Positions 20,925-31,591 of a DNA stretch of 64,000 nucleotides are shown here, one piece after another. Position 1 is the first letter of the stretch; each line of letters opens with the position of its first letter. This DNA is from Porphyridium purpureum. Taxonomy: Eukaryota. The translations under genes and the position numbers were made by a program. The DNA lies in NCBI GenBank assembly GCA_008690995.1, contig VRMN01000011.1:248001-312000 (forward strand), in the 5' to 3' direction. A model generated the notes under the pieces. That model was given only the letters and a program-made list of their open reading frames with translations, searched no databases and was not told the origin of the DNA.

Positions 20925-23900
20925 CTACTCTTCAATCTCGACCAGCAAATCCTCGTTCTGGACGAGGTCACCCAGTTCCACAAGCACGCGCTTCACCGTG
21001 CCATTGACAGGAGCTGACACGATTGTTTCCATTTTCATGGCGGATAGCATGAGAAGCTGTTCTCCCTTTCGCACAACAACGCCGGGTTTGACCTTAACTT
21101 CAACCACCGTTCCTGGCATACTCGCACCCACTTGGCCGGGTACCGCAGGATTTGCGCGCTCTGCTGCTGCGGTGCGCACTGCACCAGTCCCCGTCTGCGC
21201 ACCAGCTTTCACATCTAGCACTTTCACCAAGCGAGGTACACCGTTGAGTTCAAAGAACACGTCACGGTATCCTTTGTTGTCCAGTTCTGGTGAAACACTT
21301 ATCAGCTTTGTGATCAGGGTCTTACCTTCTTCAATTGGGAAATGATACTCCTCGCCAATCGTCATCGGAGCCAGGAACGCCTCCGTAGGCAAGTAGCCAA
21401 TCTCATCCGAATACTTCTCACGGAATCGCATGTACTCGTCAAAGACCTGCGGATACAGCGCCGCCGAAATGACGTCGCGATGCACCAGTTTGATTCCATG
21501 CTGCAGCAACAGGTTACGGTACTTATCCTCGAGATTCTTGTGGGCAGAAACGAAATCATACGGCGTCAGCTCGGCTCCGGGACGGCCTTCAATTGGTTCC
21601 AAGTTTGCCCGCATCAGCACCTGAGTGCGTAACGGTTCCGGAAAGCCACCTTCTGGTTGGCCAAGCTGGCCCTGCAGAAAGTCAACGACAGACTTGGGCA
21701 AATTCAGCTCCTCCACTCTTTGAACGATGTCGTCACCTGTAAGCTTGTTCGTTACCATAAATTGTGCGAGGTCTCCGACAACTTTCGACGACGGCGTCAC
21801 TTTCACAATGTCACCCAAGACTTTGTTTGCCTGCGCATACGCCGCTTTCACATCTTTCCACTGCTTCGCCAGGCCTAGTGACTGTGACTGAAACATGAGA
21901 TTCGTGTATTGTCCACCAGGCATTTCATGCACAAACACATCAGCCGAAGAGGAACGAGCGCCTTGCTCGAAAGGTGCGTAATGACCCCGCATGGTATCCC
22001 AGTAATCTGACAATTCCGTGAGCTTACTAACATTCAACGGAAGGATCGGAACACCCCCAACATCAATCGGCGCATCGGAGCGCCCTTCGATCTGATTCAA
22101 AGAAGAAACAATGGCACCTAACGAGGGCTGGGATGTGGTTCCACTCATCGAGTCCAGCGCACCATGAACAACATCTGCTCCAGCTTTAGCAGCGGCAAGC
22201 ATTGACGACACTCCAATACCGCCGGTGTCATGTGTGTGCACGTGAATGGGCACGTTTGGATACTCCTTCCTCAACGCACCAATCAGCAGCTCCGCACCCG
22301 CCGGTTTTAGGAGCCCAGCCATGTCCTTAATGCCCAGAACATGCGTTTCACCTTGCTTGACAATCTTTTCGGCAAGTCGCATGTAATAGTCGAGATTATA
22401 TTTCGAGCTGGTCATAACATCGCCCGTGTAGCACATTTCTCCTTGCACTACACCCCCAGCCTTATGTACAGCTTCCATTCCGACCAAAAGATTGTCGGCG
22501 TAGTTCAACGAGTCGAATACACGGAAAACATCCATACCAGTCGCGACCGCTTCTTTGCAAAACTCGAACACCACATTATCGGGATACGATGTATAACCTA
22601 CTGCGTTTGCGCCGCGCAAGAGGCACTGAAAAGGAATGTTCGGAACGAGCTCGCGTAAAGTTTCAAGACGCCTCCAAGGACACTCACGAAGAAAGCGCAG
22701 AGACACATCAAACGTGGCCCCTCCCCAATTCTCCAGCGCATACATGCCTGCCGAAGCCCGCGCTGTCGCCGGTGCAATCATGGCCATATCGATGGTTCGC
22801 ATGCGAGTAGCGAGCAGAGACTGGTGTGCATCTCGCCATGTCGTGTCACCCACAAGCGTGTAGGGAAATTCACGCACCTTCTTGGCGAACCCAGAGGGAC
22901 CTTCTTTCTCCAGGACCTGCTTCCAACCCGGCGCTGGACGAGTCATTGCATCGAATATCGGCATCACTGGCTTCAATCGAGAAGGATTTTTGATTGGATC
23001 AGGACCCGGCATTGGATGACCATTCACGCGAACCTCGGCCAAGTAACGCATCAGCTTGTTCGCACGGTCCTTCTGAGGTGGGAAGTGAAACAGCTCAGGG
23101 TGTACATCGATGAAGTCTGTGGCCATCTTCTGCTCCAGAAATACAGGATGGGTGAGAACCTTGCGGAGAAACGGAATGTTTGTGTGCACGCCGCGCACAC
23201 GGAACTCTGCCAATGCTCGAACTAGCTTTTCCGCCGCAAAGTGAAAGCTTTCAGCATGCGCAGTCGCCTTGATCAAGAGCGAGTCGAAATGAGGCGTGAT
23301 GACCGCACCGGCAAAACCAGCCGCCGAATCCAGGCGAATACCCATTCCCTCGCCCGGACGGAAGGCATCAATGCGACCATAATCTGGAGCGAAATTATTG
23401 CGAGGATTTTCTGTTGTCACGCGACATTGAATCGCATGACCTCTGGGTTCAAGATTTTCCTGACGAATGCCCAGTTCAGCAAGTGTGTATCCGTCTGCAA
23501 TTTTGATTTGCGTCTGCACAATGTCCACGCCCGTGATTTCCTCTGTGACAGTGTGCTCCACTTGCACGCGCGGATTCACTTCAATGAAGTAGTGACGTCC
23601 ACTTTGGTCGACCAAGAATTCGACCGTGCCCGCATTCATGTACCCGGATGCTTTCGTGAGACGCACAGCGTCTGCCCACAGCTTTTCGCGGAGCGCGAGC
23701 GAAATTCCCGAGGCCGGGGCGATTTCGACCACTTTTTGGTGGCGACGTTGGACGGAACAATCGCGTTCGAACAAATGGACCACCTCGCCACTTTTGTCAG
23801 CAAAAATCTGAATTTCAATGTGACGCGGGCGATCGACGTAACGCTCGATAAAAATTGTTCCGTCTCCAAAGGCCTTGTAAGCTTCGGTTTGAGCCATTTC

Positions 23901-24611
23901 CACGGCCTCGGCAAACTCTGATTCTCGCCGGACGATCCGCATCCCTCGACCGCCGCCCCCATGCGCAGCCTTGATAATAATTGGAAAGCCTATCCCGCCG
24001 GGACCTTGAACAAAGTCCTTGGCTGCTTGGAGTGATGAAACCGGTCCGTCCGAGCCGGGCACGACGGGCACGTCGGCTGCAATGGCTAGCTTTCTGGCCT
24101 CCGTCTTGTCACCAAAGAGGCGAAGGATACCAGAAGGAGGCCCTACAAATCGAATACCTTCCTCCTCACAGCGCCTCGCAAAGGTGCTGTTCTCTGACAA
24201 GAGACCATACCCCGGATGGATCGCGTCGACGCCATGCAGCTTGGCGATCTGCACGATCTTATCGTACGCCAAGTACGAACCGACTGGCGTCAAATTTTCA
24301 CCGTCGATCATGTAGCTCTCATCACATTTGTACCGGTGCAGAGAGTGACGGTCGGCGTCTGCGTACACACCCACAGTGCGAAGCCCGAGTTCATGGCCAG
24401 CGCGGAAGACGCGGATTGCGATTTCGCCGCGATTGCAGCACATGAGCTTTTCGATGTTTCGCAAAGGGGTAAGTTTGCCCTGACGCAAGCCCCCCGTGGC
24501 CATGTGGCGAGAGCTCGGCATTGCCATCGCGCCGCTCCGCAGGTGCTCACGCGCCAAGCGGTGCGCAAGTACCGCAGTGGTGGCATGAGATGAAGCTCGG
24601 AGCGCGCCCAT
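20925..24611 (-). CDS. PYC: Pyruvate carboxylase
   Basis: Biotin carboxylase (NRGEIA, ERDCSVQRRHQK), carboxyltransferase (DTTWRDAHQSLLATR, WGGATFD), biotin-attachment AMKM. Confidence 0.97.
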   Translation of the reverse strand: MGALRASSHATTAVLAHRLAREHLRSGAMAMPSSRHMATGGLRQGKLTPLRNIEKLMCCNRGEIAIRVFRAGHELGLRTVGVYADADRHSLHRYKCDESYMIDGENLTPVGSYLAYDKIVQIAKLHGVDAIHPGYGLLSENSTFARRCEEEGIRFVGPPSGILRLFGDKTEARKLAIAADVPVVPGSDGPVSSLQAAKDFVQGPGGIGFPIIIKAAHGGGGRGMRIVRRESEFAEAVEMAQTEAYKAFGDGTIFIERYVDRPRHIEIQIFADKSGEVVHLFERDCSVQRRHQKVVEIAPASGISLALREKLWADAVRLTKASGYMNAGTVEFLVDQSGRHYFIEVNPRVQVEHTVTEEITGVDIVQTQIKIADGYTLAELGIRQENLEPRGHAIQCRVTTENPRNNFAPDYGRIDAFRPGEGMGIRLDSAAGFAGAVITPHFDSLLIKATAHAESFHFAAEKLVRALAEFRVRGVHTNIPFLRKVLTHPVFLEQKMATDFIDVHPELFHFPPQKDRANKLMRYLAEVRVNGHPMPGPDPIKNPSRLKPVMPIFDAMTRPAPGWKQVLEKEGPSGFAKKVREFPYTLVGDTTWRDAHQSLLATRMRTIDMAMIAPATARASAGMYALENWGGATFDVSLRFLRECPWRRLETLRELVPNIPFQCLLRGANAVGYTSYPDNVVFEFCKEAVATGMDVFRVFDSLNYADNLLVGMEAVHKAGGVVQGEMCYTGDVMTSSKYNLDYYMRLAEKIVKQGETHVLGIKDMAGLLKPAGAELLIGALRKEYPNVPIHVHTHDTGGIGVSSMLAAAKAGADVVHGALDSMSGTTSQPSLGAIVSSLNQIEGRSDAPIDVGGVPILPLNVSKLTELSDYWDTMRGHYAPFEQGARSSSADVFVHEMPGGQYTNLMFQSQSLGLAKQWKDVKAAYAQANKVLGDIVKVTPSSKVVGDLAQFMVTNKLTGDDIVQRVEELNLPKSVVDFLQGQLGQPEGGFPEPLRTQVLMRANLEPIEGRPGAELTPYDFVSAHKNLEDKYRNLLLQHGIKLVHRDVISAALYPQVFDEYMRFREKYSDEIGYLPTEAFLAPMTIGEEYHFPIEEGKTLITKLISVSPELDNKGYRDVFFELNGVPRLVKVLDVKAGAQTGTGAVRTAAAERANPAVPGQVGASMPGTVVEVKVKPGVVVRKGEQLLMLSAMKMETIVSAPVNGTVKRVLVELGDLVQNEDLLVEIEE

Positions 24612-25222
24612 GCTGGGCGTCCGCGCTTACTTGCAGCGACGGGTTCAAATGGAGCGGTCTACGCACGAGCACTGCAGCGGCGAGTCGACCCCGCGCGCTG
24701 GACTGTCGCTCGAGTGCCGGCTCACCACCTGTTTCGTCGCGGCTGCCGTGCAGAATCTTCCATGCAGCCCGGTCCAGTCGGGTCTGCTCGGCCGCGCGCA
24801 AGTCGGCACACCGGTTTGCAGAGGCCAGCGTCGTGGCACACTCACCAGCGGGCGTGTTTTCCAAGCGGCACGGCATGCTGCGCCACACTGCGCGCCTCCC
24901 GCAGAAACCGGCGCGAATCGACACACCGGTCTCGGGCGCACTCGCTCGAATCTGGCGCGGTACAGCGCCAGGGCGGTACAGCTGCGGTGCTGTACCGCGT
25001 CGCTTCCGCATCTCCGCGCACGCTCGGCACGCGATCTGGCGGCCTACGAAACTGGCGCGCCCTGCTATGCTCCCGGCAGCCCACCTGCTCACGCGCGACT
25101 CGGCCAGCCAGCGATAAGGGCTGTGCGAGGAGCGGGCGGATAGCAGACGGGCGGGGTGTGCGAGCTGAGGCCTGTGGCTCGAGCGTGGACTGAAGAGGAG
25201 CAAGCGCAGCGCGGGAAGCAGG

Positions 25223-26104
25223 ATGGAGGCTTTTGTTCCTGGCGTCGGCCCGCTGCTCGGCGCGCCGGCCGCGCCGCTCGCGGCCGTGGACGTGCGCTGC
25301 AGGCACGCGAGCGTTGCGCGCCGCGCGCGCGTCGCGGTTCGCATGGCCGACGACGGATTCGCGGACCTGCAGCCCGGCGACCCGGGCTACAAGCCAAAGG
25401 CCAAGGAGATGGTCAAAGTGTCAGAGCTCGGTGTCTCGCCGTTCAGTGATGACGCCAACTCTGTGACCAGGCTGGGTGAAGGGAGGCTCGACGAGATCGC
25501 CAAGGACATTATGGAGGGCAAGAAAACGGGCGCCGAGATCAAGGCGGACCTGAAGAAGCAGGCGCCGGCAAAGCCAGCGGCACCGGCGAAGAAACCGGAG
25601 AAGAAGTCTGGTCTTGCAAGTGCCAAGGATGCAGCAGGTTCGGCCATGGGTGCCGTGCAGCGTGCTGTTGGCTCTGGAAAGCGCGGTCTGGACTTGCTGC
25701 GCGAAGACTTTCTGCAGACCGGGCCGGAGCGCGCCGGCGTTGGGCGTCAGGATAAGACAGTTGATGCGCCCCCGCAGTTTGGCGAGCCCGGCTACGTCAC
25801 CCCGGCCTACCAGCGGGTGAAAGTGTCTTCGCTCGGCATCTCTGTGTTTGAAGACGATGCAAATGCTGTCACGAAGGTGGGTGGTATCAAAGCAGTCATG
25901 GAAGTGGCGGAGAAGGTTGCTTCCGGGGAGCTGAAAACGGAGGAGTTTGAGGAGGGCCTCAAGGCGGGCTTGTCCCTCGACTTGGCATTGGAGAAAATGG
26001 AAGAGGAGGCGGCCGCCGGCGACCTCCTACCAGATTACTTGAAACCTCTTCCTGAAGATACGCCGCGAAAGGGCATGACGTGGAAGAACTATGTTGGTCG
26101 ATAA
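25223..26104 (+). CDS. Uncharacterised plastid-targeted protein with an internal duplication
   Basis: MEAFV..RVAVRM transit peptide; two copies of GxPGY...VKVSxLGxSxFxDDANxVT. Confidence 0.7.
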   Translation: MEAFVPGVGPLLGAPAAPLAAVDVRCRHASVARRARVAVRMADDGFADLQPGDPGYKPKAKEMVKVSELGVSPFSDDANSVTRLGEGRLDEIAKDIMEGKKTGAEIKADLKKQAPAKPAAPAKKPEKKSGLASAKDAAGSAMGAVQRAVGSGKRGLDLLREDFLQTGPERAGVGRQDKTVDAPPQFGEPGYVTPAYQRVKVSSLGISVFEDDANAVTKVGGIKAVMEVAEKVASGELKTEEFEEGLKAGLSLDLALEKMEEEAAAGDLLPDYLKPLPEDTPRKGMTWKNYVGR

Positions 26105-26338
26105 GCTGGAAAGAGGTCTAGCTTGATACGAAATCGAGCAGCCCTGTCTGAATGGTTTAGCTCCATCTGTTCCTCAATCTCAGACGCACCGGAAAGCACA
26201 CTGGAAGGATATCCGCCAAAGTAAAAGTTTTCTGCAAAAGCTTCATGTACACGATTTTCTTATTGTCATTAGTCAGGATCAAATCACGCCCAAGGAGAAC
26301 GTCGCGATCCCCAAAGATGTCAGTAGGCTGCGGACGAC

Positions 26339-27637
26339 TTACTCACCATACGTAGAACCCGCTTTGTCGTATGCGATAGAAATCAGAGCTTTCCCGTTCG
26401 CCACTATGAAGCGCAGGAGAATACCAACGTGGTCCAGAATCTCGTTCGAAATAGGCTGCGGAATCTGCATCTGGTTCAAAATAACAGGCATGCGGAACAG
26501 CATTCGGATGAGGTGCTCCACTCCATAAATGTGAGCGGCAATGAATGGCTTCTGACTGTGCTCCAAACTTGCTTTGAAGGAGTTGTACTGCTCGCGCTCG
26601 AAGCGATACAGCAGCATGTTGCCCAAACAAGCATTGAAACAGTCCATGAGACCATGTGCTACCTGCATTGTTGACACTTTATAGGTGCCGTCTTGGTCCG
26701 CACTGGTCGCCATCCATGCATTCAAAATTCCAGTGACGCAAGGTTCACGCGGAAGCCGTACAAGCTTGTGCTGTTTGGTAACGTACTCCCAGTCATCAAT
26801 CAAGAGATCATTGAGTATGCCTGGGAAGTTCAGCACGGTGGGGCTTCGCGGTGCTCCATGCTCAGATGCCGATGGACGCAGCGTCATGTCGCTCCCGTCT
26901 ACGCCGCATGCATTCTCCGTCTGCACTCCCGACATGGCATTTCCGATTTTCATCTCCGTTGCGCAATCTTTTGATGCAGTTTCTGCTGCCAATGGCTGAT
27001 CGTTTCGACCCATCTCATCCGTATTGTCATCTCGTTTACTCGCGACGACATCGGCAGATGCAATGGGAGTTGGCGGCTTCTCCGTGGCTGCGTCCGACTT
27101 GCCGACCGCTGCCGTCGCAGACGGAGTTGGTGGCGTGTCCTTGCTTGCGCCTGGTCCCCCAACAGCCGCAGCCTCCGTGGGGCTCTTGGACTCTTCTATG
27201 CCTGTGTCCGGTTTCTTGATCGCTCCTGTCGTGGAAGAGCTTGGTACCTTTTCCTTGTTTGAGTCCAGTGCGCTGGTATTTTCCGTCTCCAGGGGACTTG
27301 ACGGCTCTCCACTCTCTGCGCCCATGATGTTGGCCGTGTCCGTCGCATCGGCGTTCTGTGACAAGTTTTCGCTTTTGCCCTGATGTGCGGAGTTCGCTGC
27401 CGCGGGCTGGTCGCTCTCAACGCTTGTCCTACTCGTCTCACCCGTCGCTGCTACAGCAGCTGCTTCCGCCGCCGCAGCCGCTTTGGCGGCGCGCACCGAC
27501 TTTGCGATGGCCGACAAGCTAACGCGCGGCCCGCGCGCCGATGGCCTTGACTTTGCGGGCTGCGACGGAATGCGGCGCGGCGACATCTTTGCGGCGTCGC
27601 CCGCATCTCGCGCCCGCTCCTTTGTGCGTGTCCGCAT
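26339..27637 (-). CDS. MRG-domain chromatin protein (Eaf3/MRG15 family), no evident chromodomain; start uncertain (27586, 27637 or 27727)
   Basis: LIDDWEYVTK..KLVRLP, FN.CLG.MLLYRFEREQY, IYGVEHLIR. Confidence 0.82.
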   Translation of the reverse strand: MRTRTKERARDAGDAAKMSPRRIPSQPAKSRPSARGPRVSLSAIAKSVRAAKAAAAAEAAAVAATGETSRTSVESDQPAAANSAHQGKSENLSQNADATDTANIMGAESGEPSSPLETENTSALDSNKEKVPSSSTTGAIKKPDTGIEESKSPTEAAAVGGPGASKDTPPTPSATAAVGKSDAATEKPPTPIASADVVASKRDDNTDEMGRNDQPLAAETASKDCATEMKIGNAMSGVQTENACGVDGSDMTLRPSASEHGAPRSPTVLNFPGILNDLLIDDWEYVTKQHKLVRLPREPCVTGILNAWMATSADQDGTYKVSTMQVAHGLMDCFNACLGNMLLYRFEREQYNSFKASLEHSQKPFIAAHIYGVEHLIRMLFRMPVILNQMQIPQPISNEILDHVGILLRFIVANGKALISIAYDKAGSTYGE

Positions 27638-27874
27638 GAAAGCCAAAGCCGCCCCTCGCGCCGACGTGCTCCGCTGTTGTCGAGTGTGACTCGAGCAAGA
27701 ATGTGCCGGCTCGAGTTTCGCGGCCATACTTGGAGCGCGTTCGCCCGCACAAGTACAGTCATGAGGTGCACTCGAAACGCCCGAGGTACTGTGCGCAAGC
27801 GAGCAAGGACGAGTGGGTGTGGGCAGGCGCGTGCGGAGTCGACGCAGAGCGACCACGCCACGCGCCCGACAGAT

Positions 27875-27934
27875 CACGGCACGACACGGCACGGCACGGC
27901 ACGGCACGGCACGGCACGGCACGGCACGGCACGA
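27875..27934. repeat. (CACGG)n pentanucleotide microsatellite, ~12 units
   Basis: Read directly from the sequence. Confidence 0.95.
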
Positions 27935-28584
27935 CCGACCATCCTTGCGAGCGATCTCACCTCTTCTCGGGAGGTAGACCCTCATCTTAAACAGCCGAGT
28001 GCCACGAGACGTCTCGGGTGACTCACAGGTGCGTTCGCGAGTTATCGATCTTCGACCCTCGTACAGCTCCCCTCGACGCAACACGGAGTTCCGGGCAAGC
28101 GGGCAGCGCGATAGCGTGGAATGTCTGGTATCGCACGTAAACGCGCGCCAGCGCCAACCGAGCAAGAGACAGGGAGGGCTTGATGACCAAACTGGAAGTA
28201 TTGTGGGAATCTCTCTGAGCTTTCGTGGCATTGATCGATCGCTTCCTAGGCACTCATGTGCCAGAGCTGAACGCCCTCTCTCACAGGTTTGAAACGCGCA
28301 GCTCAATGCCCGGAACAGGTGGATACGCTGAGGACTGTTATGCCGATACAAAGGTGCCGCGCACCTTCCGTGGATAGGTGCTCCTTGTGGCACAATACTT
28401 TGGTCCCATTCGTCTTCTGGCAGTCGGCAGTCTTACTAACGGATGGAATCTTCTCGCGTTTAGAGAAATCTATACTTCTTTCTTCTGCGCCTCTTCTTTG
28501 GCTTCGGTTTTCCTCCACACGTGCAGTCTGATATCGTGGATATTTGTGACACATCTACCCTGCGGCAGTCAAGCAGGGGCGAAA

Positions 28585-28827
28585 ATGGCTCCCGTTCGCA
28601 AGGTTCTCTCAAGAATGGCCTTGAACAAGGTTCGTTTCGTGACGTCCAACGGAGCAACATTCACCTACTGGCTTCCATGGATAGCCGATGATCCTAATAC
28701 CGTTGTTTGGAAGTTTTTGGACGAGGACCGTTTCAATGCTCCAGAAGTTACAAACAAAAAGAGCTCGCTTACAGACAAAGGCAAGGTCGAGCAGTTCCAG
28801 AAGCGCTACGGATACGGCGACTCCTAG
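28585..28827 (+). CDS. bL31-like (probably mitochondrial) ribosomal protein
   Basis: VTSNGATF...LDED..N...GKVEQFQKRYG resembles the bL31 pattern. Confidence 0.6.
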   Translation: MAPVRKVLSRMALNKVRFVTSNGATFTYWLPWIADDPNTVVWKFLDEDRFNAPEVTNKKSSLTDKGKVEQFQKRYGYGDS

Positions 28828-29079
28828 CAAATGTTCCGAATTGTATGGCGGCGATCAGGCTCAATAGATGAAGTTTACTAGAAAGCGTAGGAACGTCTGC
28901 CAGCACTCCGACGGAAGCATGATAATTGTGAGACACTAGCTCCGGGAAGACTCGGACGACTTCTTGGCGGACCAAGCGCACAGTCAGATGCTAGAGCGAG
29001 TTCAGAGACAGGCCAACTTGCGGCAAGATATTGAATAGAGATCATTTTTGAATCTGCACACTTGAAAAGAATCGCATGC

Positions 29080-30066
29080 TCATTTGATGTGATGTTCTCT
29101 TGTGAGCGCCGTGACATTTGTACTTCGCTCCACTTCGTTCAGCAAACGCTGGTAAGTTTCATGCGTCAACTGCACCTGCTCTTCATTAAGCACCTGACTT
29201 ACGATCACACCGTCAATTACGTAGAGGATTCTGTCGGCGTAACACTCCAGGTCCGGATTATGCGTGACCATAACAAACGTTGTCTTCCGCTCGATATTGA
29301 TTCTATACAAAATGTTCATGATTTCGACCGTAGCGTGTGAATCCAGCGATCCCGTGGGCTCGTCGAGTAACATGAGCTGGGGTTCATTCGCCAGCGCACG
29401 AGCAATGGCCACACGTTGCTGCTCACCACCGGACATTTCGCTCGGCAGATGATGGGCACGGTCTGCCAGGCCCACGGAGGCCAGCAAGTCGAGAGCCCGC
29501 GTACGACGAGCCTTCGCATCAAGCACATTCAGCATGAGCATCGGCAGTTCCACGTTTTCCAGAGCGCTAAATGCAGAAAGCAGGTTGAAAGTCTGGAAGA
29601 CAAATCCGATCTGACTCAGACGCATACTCGCGAGTTGCTTATCTGTTGTCTTGTTTGATATTGGCTGTCCCAGCAGGGTCAGTGATCCTCGAGAGGGCCG
29701 ATCCAGTGCGCCCAAAATATTCAGCAATGTTGTTTTGCCTCCGCCTGAAGGACCGCGGACAATCACAAATTCGCCCGCCCGAATAGGATAAAGCTCAGAT
29801 GTTCGCGCCAGGGTTAGTTCTCGAAGAGCCATGACTGGCTCATCAGCGTCGCTCCCCGCAGCGGCTTCGAAATAACGCATGACCCCGCTGGTCTCCACAA
29901 CCGCGCCCCCGAGCCGCTTCTTGATTGGCGGCTCGAAAGCAAACTCGTCCTCCGCTGTGTCAACGCCATAAGCGATAGAGTCGAGATGTTCGAGCTCAGT
30001 CGCATGGGCTACATGGTCGCTGCTTGTGTCATTAGCGCCGGAATGTCGCTGCAGCACATTTCCCAT
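29080..30066 (-). CDS. Stand-alone ABC ATPase of LolD/MacB/FtsE type
   Basis: [54 protein letters not shown]; start 30066 or 30138. Confidence 0.88.
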   Translation of the reverse strand: MGNVLQRHSGANDTSSDHVAHATELEHLDSIAYGVDTAEDEFAFEPPIKKRLGGAVVETSGVMRYFEAAAGSDADEPVMALRELTLARTSELYPIRAGEFVIVRGPSGGGKTTLLNILGALDRPSRGSLTLLGQPISNKTTDKQLASMRLSQIGFVFQTFNLLSAFSALENVELPMLMLNVLDAKARRTRALDLLASVGLADRAHHLPSEMSGGEQQRVAIARALANEPQLMLLDEPTGSLDSHATVEIMNILYRINIERKTTFVMVTHNPDLECYADRILYVIDGVIVSQVLNEEQVQLTHETYQRLLNEVERSTNVTALTREHHIK

Positions 30067-30167
30067 GACAACCGTGGCCAGCGCGCAAATGTCTGGCTTT
30101 GCAATCGCCCCGTCGCTACGCCGATGCGAGCAATGCAATTGAGTGTGACAGGAACGAGCGTGTTTTA

Positions 30168-31262
30168 CTAAGGACTAGGACTTGGACGTGATGCGTCGCA
30201 ACTCATGTGCAGGGTCAGAATAAGTATATCCCGCACTTTCGCCGTTTCTGCCTTCAAGTGGAACTCCCGAAGCGCAGGCGTGCGCTCGTCCGGCCCCATC
30301 AGCGTGAGAGTGAACGAGCACGAGTCAAATGCGCTTGCCCGGCAGCGGACTTTTTGCACCTCGCTCTTGTCCAAGACCATCCATGTCGAGTAACGGTTCG
30401 CCGTTGCCAGACTGGGTGCCAAATAGCAATTGTCTCCTTGGGCTTCAAGCACCTGCAGCTGTTGCGCTTCAATGACGATGCAAGATGCTTTACCTGAGCT
30501 CCGATTTGACGCGTAAAATGCGGCTTTGGTACCACCCGCACCCTGAAGTGTCGCAATCTCCTGCGCCAGCTCTGCCTGAACTCCGACGCGGGACCGTGAA
30601 ACCACAGCCGCTGACAGCTTTGTATTGTTATCTTGCAGCAAGACCGCCCCAATTCGCCAGCCAACGTCGTCGGCGTGGAGCGTAAGAGGAATACCGCAGC
30701 CAACGAGCTCAAACTCTGCTGACGCAACAGGGGCCTCGGGGTCACGCACTCGAATCCACCACACACCGGCATTCGCGACTGAGCCCGGAGCCGAGGTCTC
30801 ACTGTCGGTGAACGCTTCATCAGCGGGAGGTGACATTTTGGCTGAGTCTAGGCCGGGACCAAAGCGCACTTGAAGCGACTCGGCGCACAACATGGCACCC
30901 TCAAATGACCCATCGTTTGGAGTAGCTTTGGCCAGCGCCTCGCAGCAATCACGAAATAAGGCATTGCGCTCCGGGTGGCCTGGTGCTGTGAGCTGACGCT
31001 CCACCAAGCTGAGTGTTGCGTACAAAAAATCCTCCAGAGCGAAAAGCGCAACGTGCATGAGCGCCTTGCCTTCCTCTGAACGCTTTGCACGCAGAGGAAC
31101 GCGCTCCGTGACGCTGTACAAAGCCGGAAACGCGGCTCGGGCGCTGGCGTGGAGCTGGAAGATGTTTTCGCTCGCATAGATCTGTGCGAGGCTCGCAGCC
31201 GCTGCGTGCGCCTCTGGCGCGGAGCGGCGCGGCTGTTGCGATCGATGATGCGTTCGAATCAT
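30168..31262 (-). CDS. Hypothetical protein, possibly Ig-like plus PH-like C-terminal domains
   Basis: Long ORF; LTLHADDVG motif and terminal helix LKAETAKVRDILILTL; domain call is weak. Confidence 0.5.
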   Translation of the reverse strand: MIRTHHRSQQPRRSAPEAHAAAASLAQIYASENIFQLHASARAAFPALYSVTERVPLRAKRSEEGKALMHVALFALEDFLYATLSLVERQLTAPGHPERNALFRDCCEALAKATPNDGSFEGAMLCAESLQVRFGPGLDSAKMSPPADEAFTDSETSAPGSVANAGVWWIRVRDPEAPVASAEFELVGCGIPLTLHADDVGWRIGAVLLQDNNTKLSAAVVSRSRVGVQAELAQEIATLQGAGGTKAAFYASNRSSGKASCIVIEAQQLQVLEAQGDNCYLAPSLATANRYSTWMVLDKSEVQKVRCRASAFDSCSFTLTLMGPDERTPALREFHLKAETAKVRDILILTLHMSCDASRPSPSP

Positions 31263-31591
31263 GCGGTCGCCGTGCCGTCGAGCACGCGTGCGCGCAGGCA
31301 CGCTCGGGCGTCGCGGAGATCTCTTCCGCGCGCAGACTGCTCGGCTCCGCTCGACCCGCTTGTCGATGAGACTCACCTCTGCGCAATCCCGCTGGGTCAC
31401 TCTCTCCTGCCTGACCTTGATGATTCCTTTTTGTACGTTGTGTACAGTGAGTGGGTACACGCGCGGCAGTTCGCTTGAACGCCCGAGCACGGTCTTGCCT
31501 GCGCGCGCGCGTCCGCGACAGCGGCTCCGTGAATCTGGGTGCGAACAGGCGCGAGAGCGAACCGGGAGACTGTCTCCCAGGTTCTGCTGCG

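Noticed and set aside
27638..28393. N-terminal extension of the 684-aa ORF with CRAVP repeats
   Set aside because: It is translation of the (CACGG)n microsatellite and GC-rich intergenic DNA from a non-ATG start
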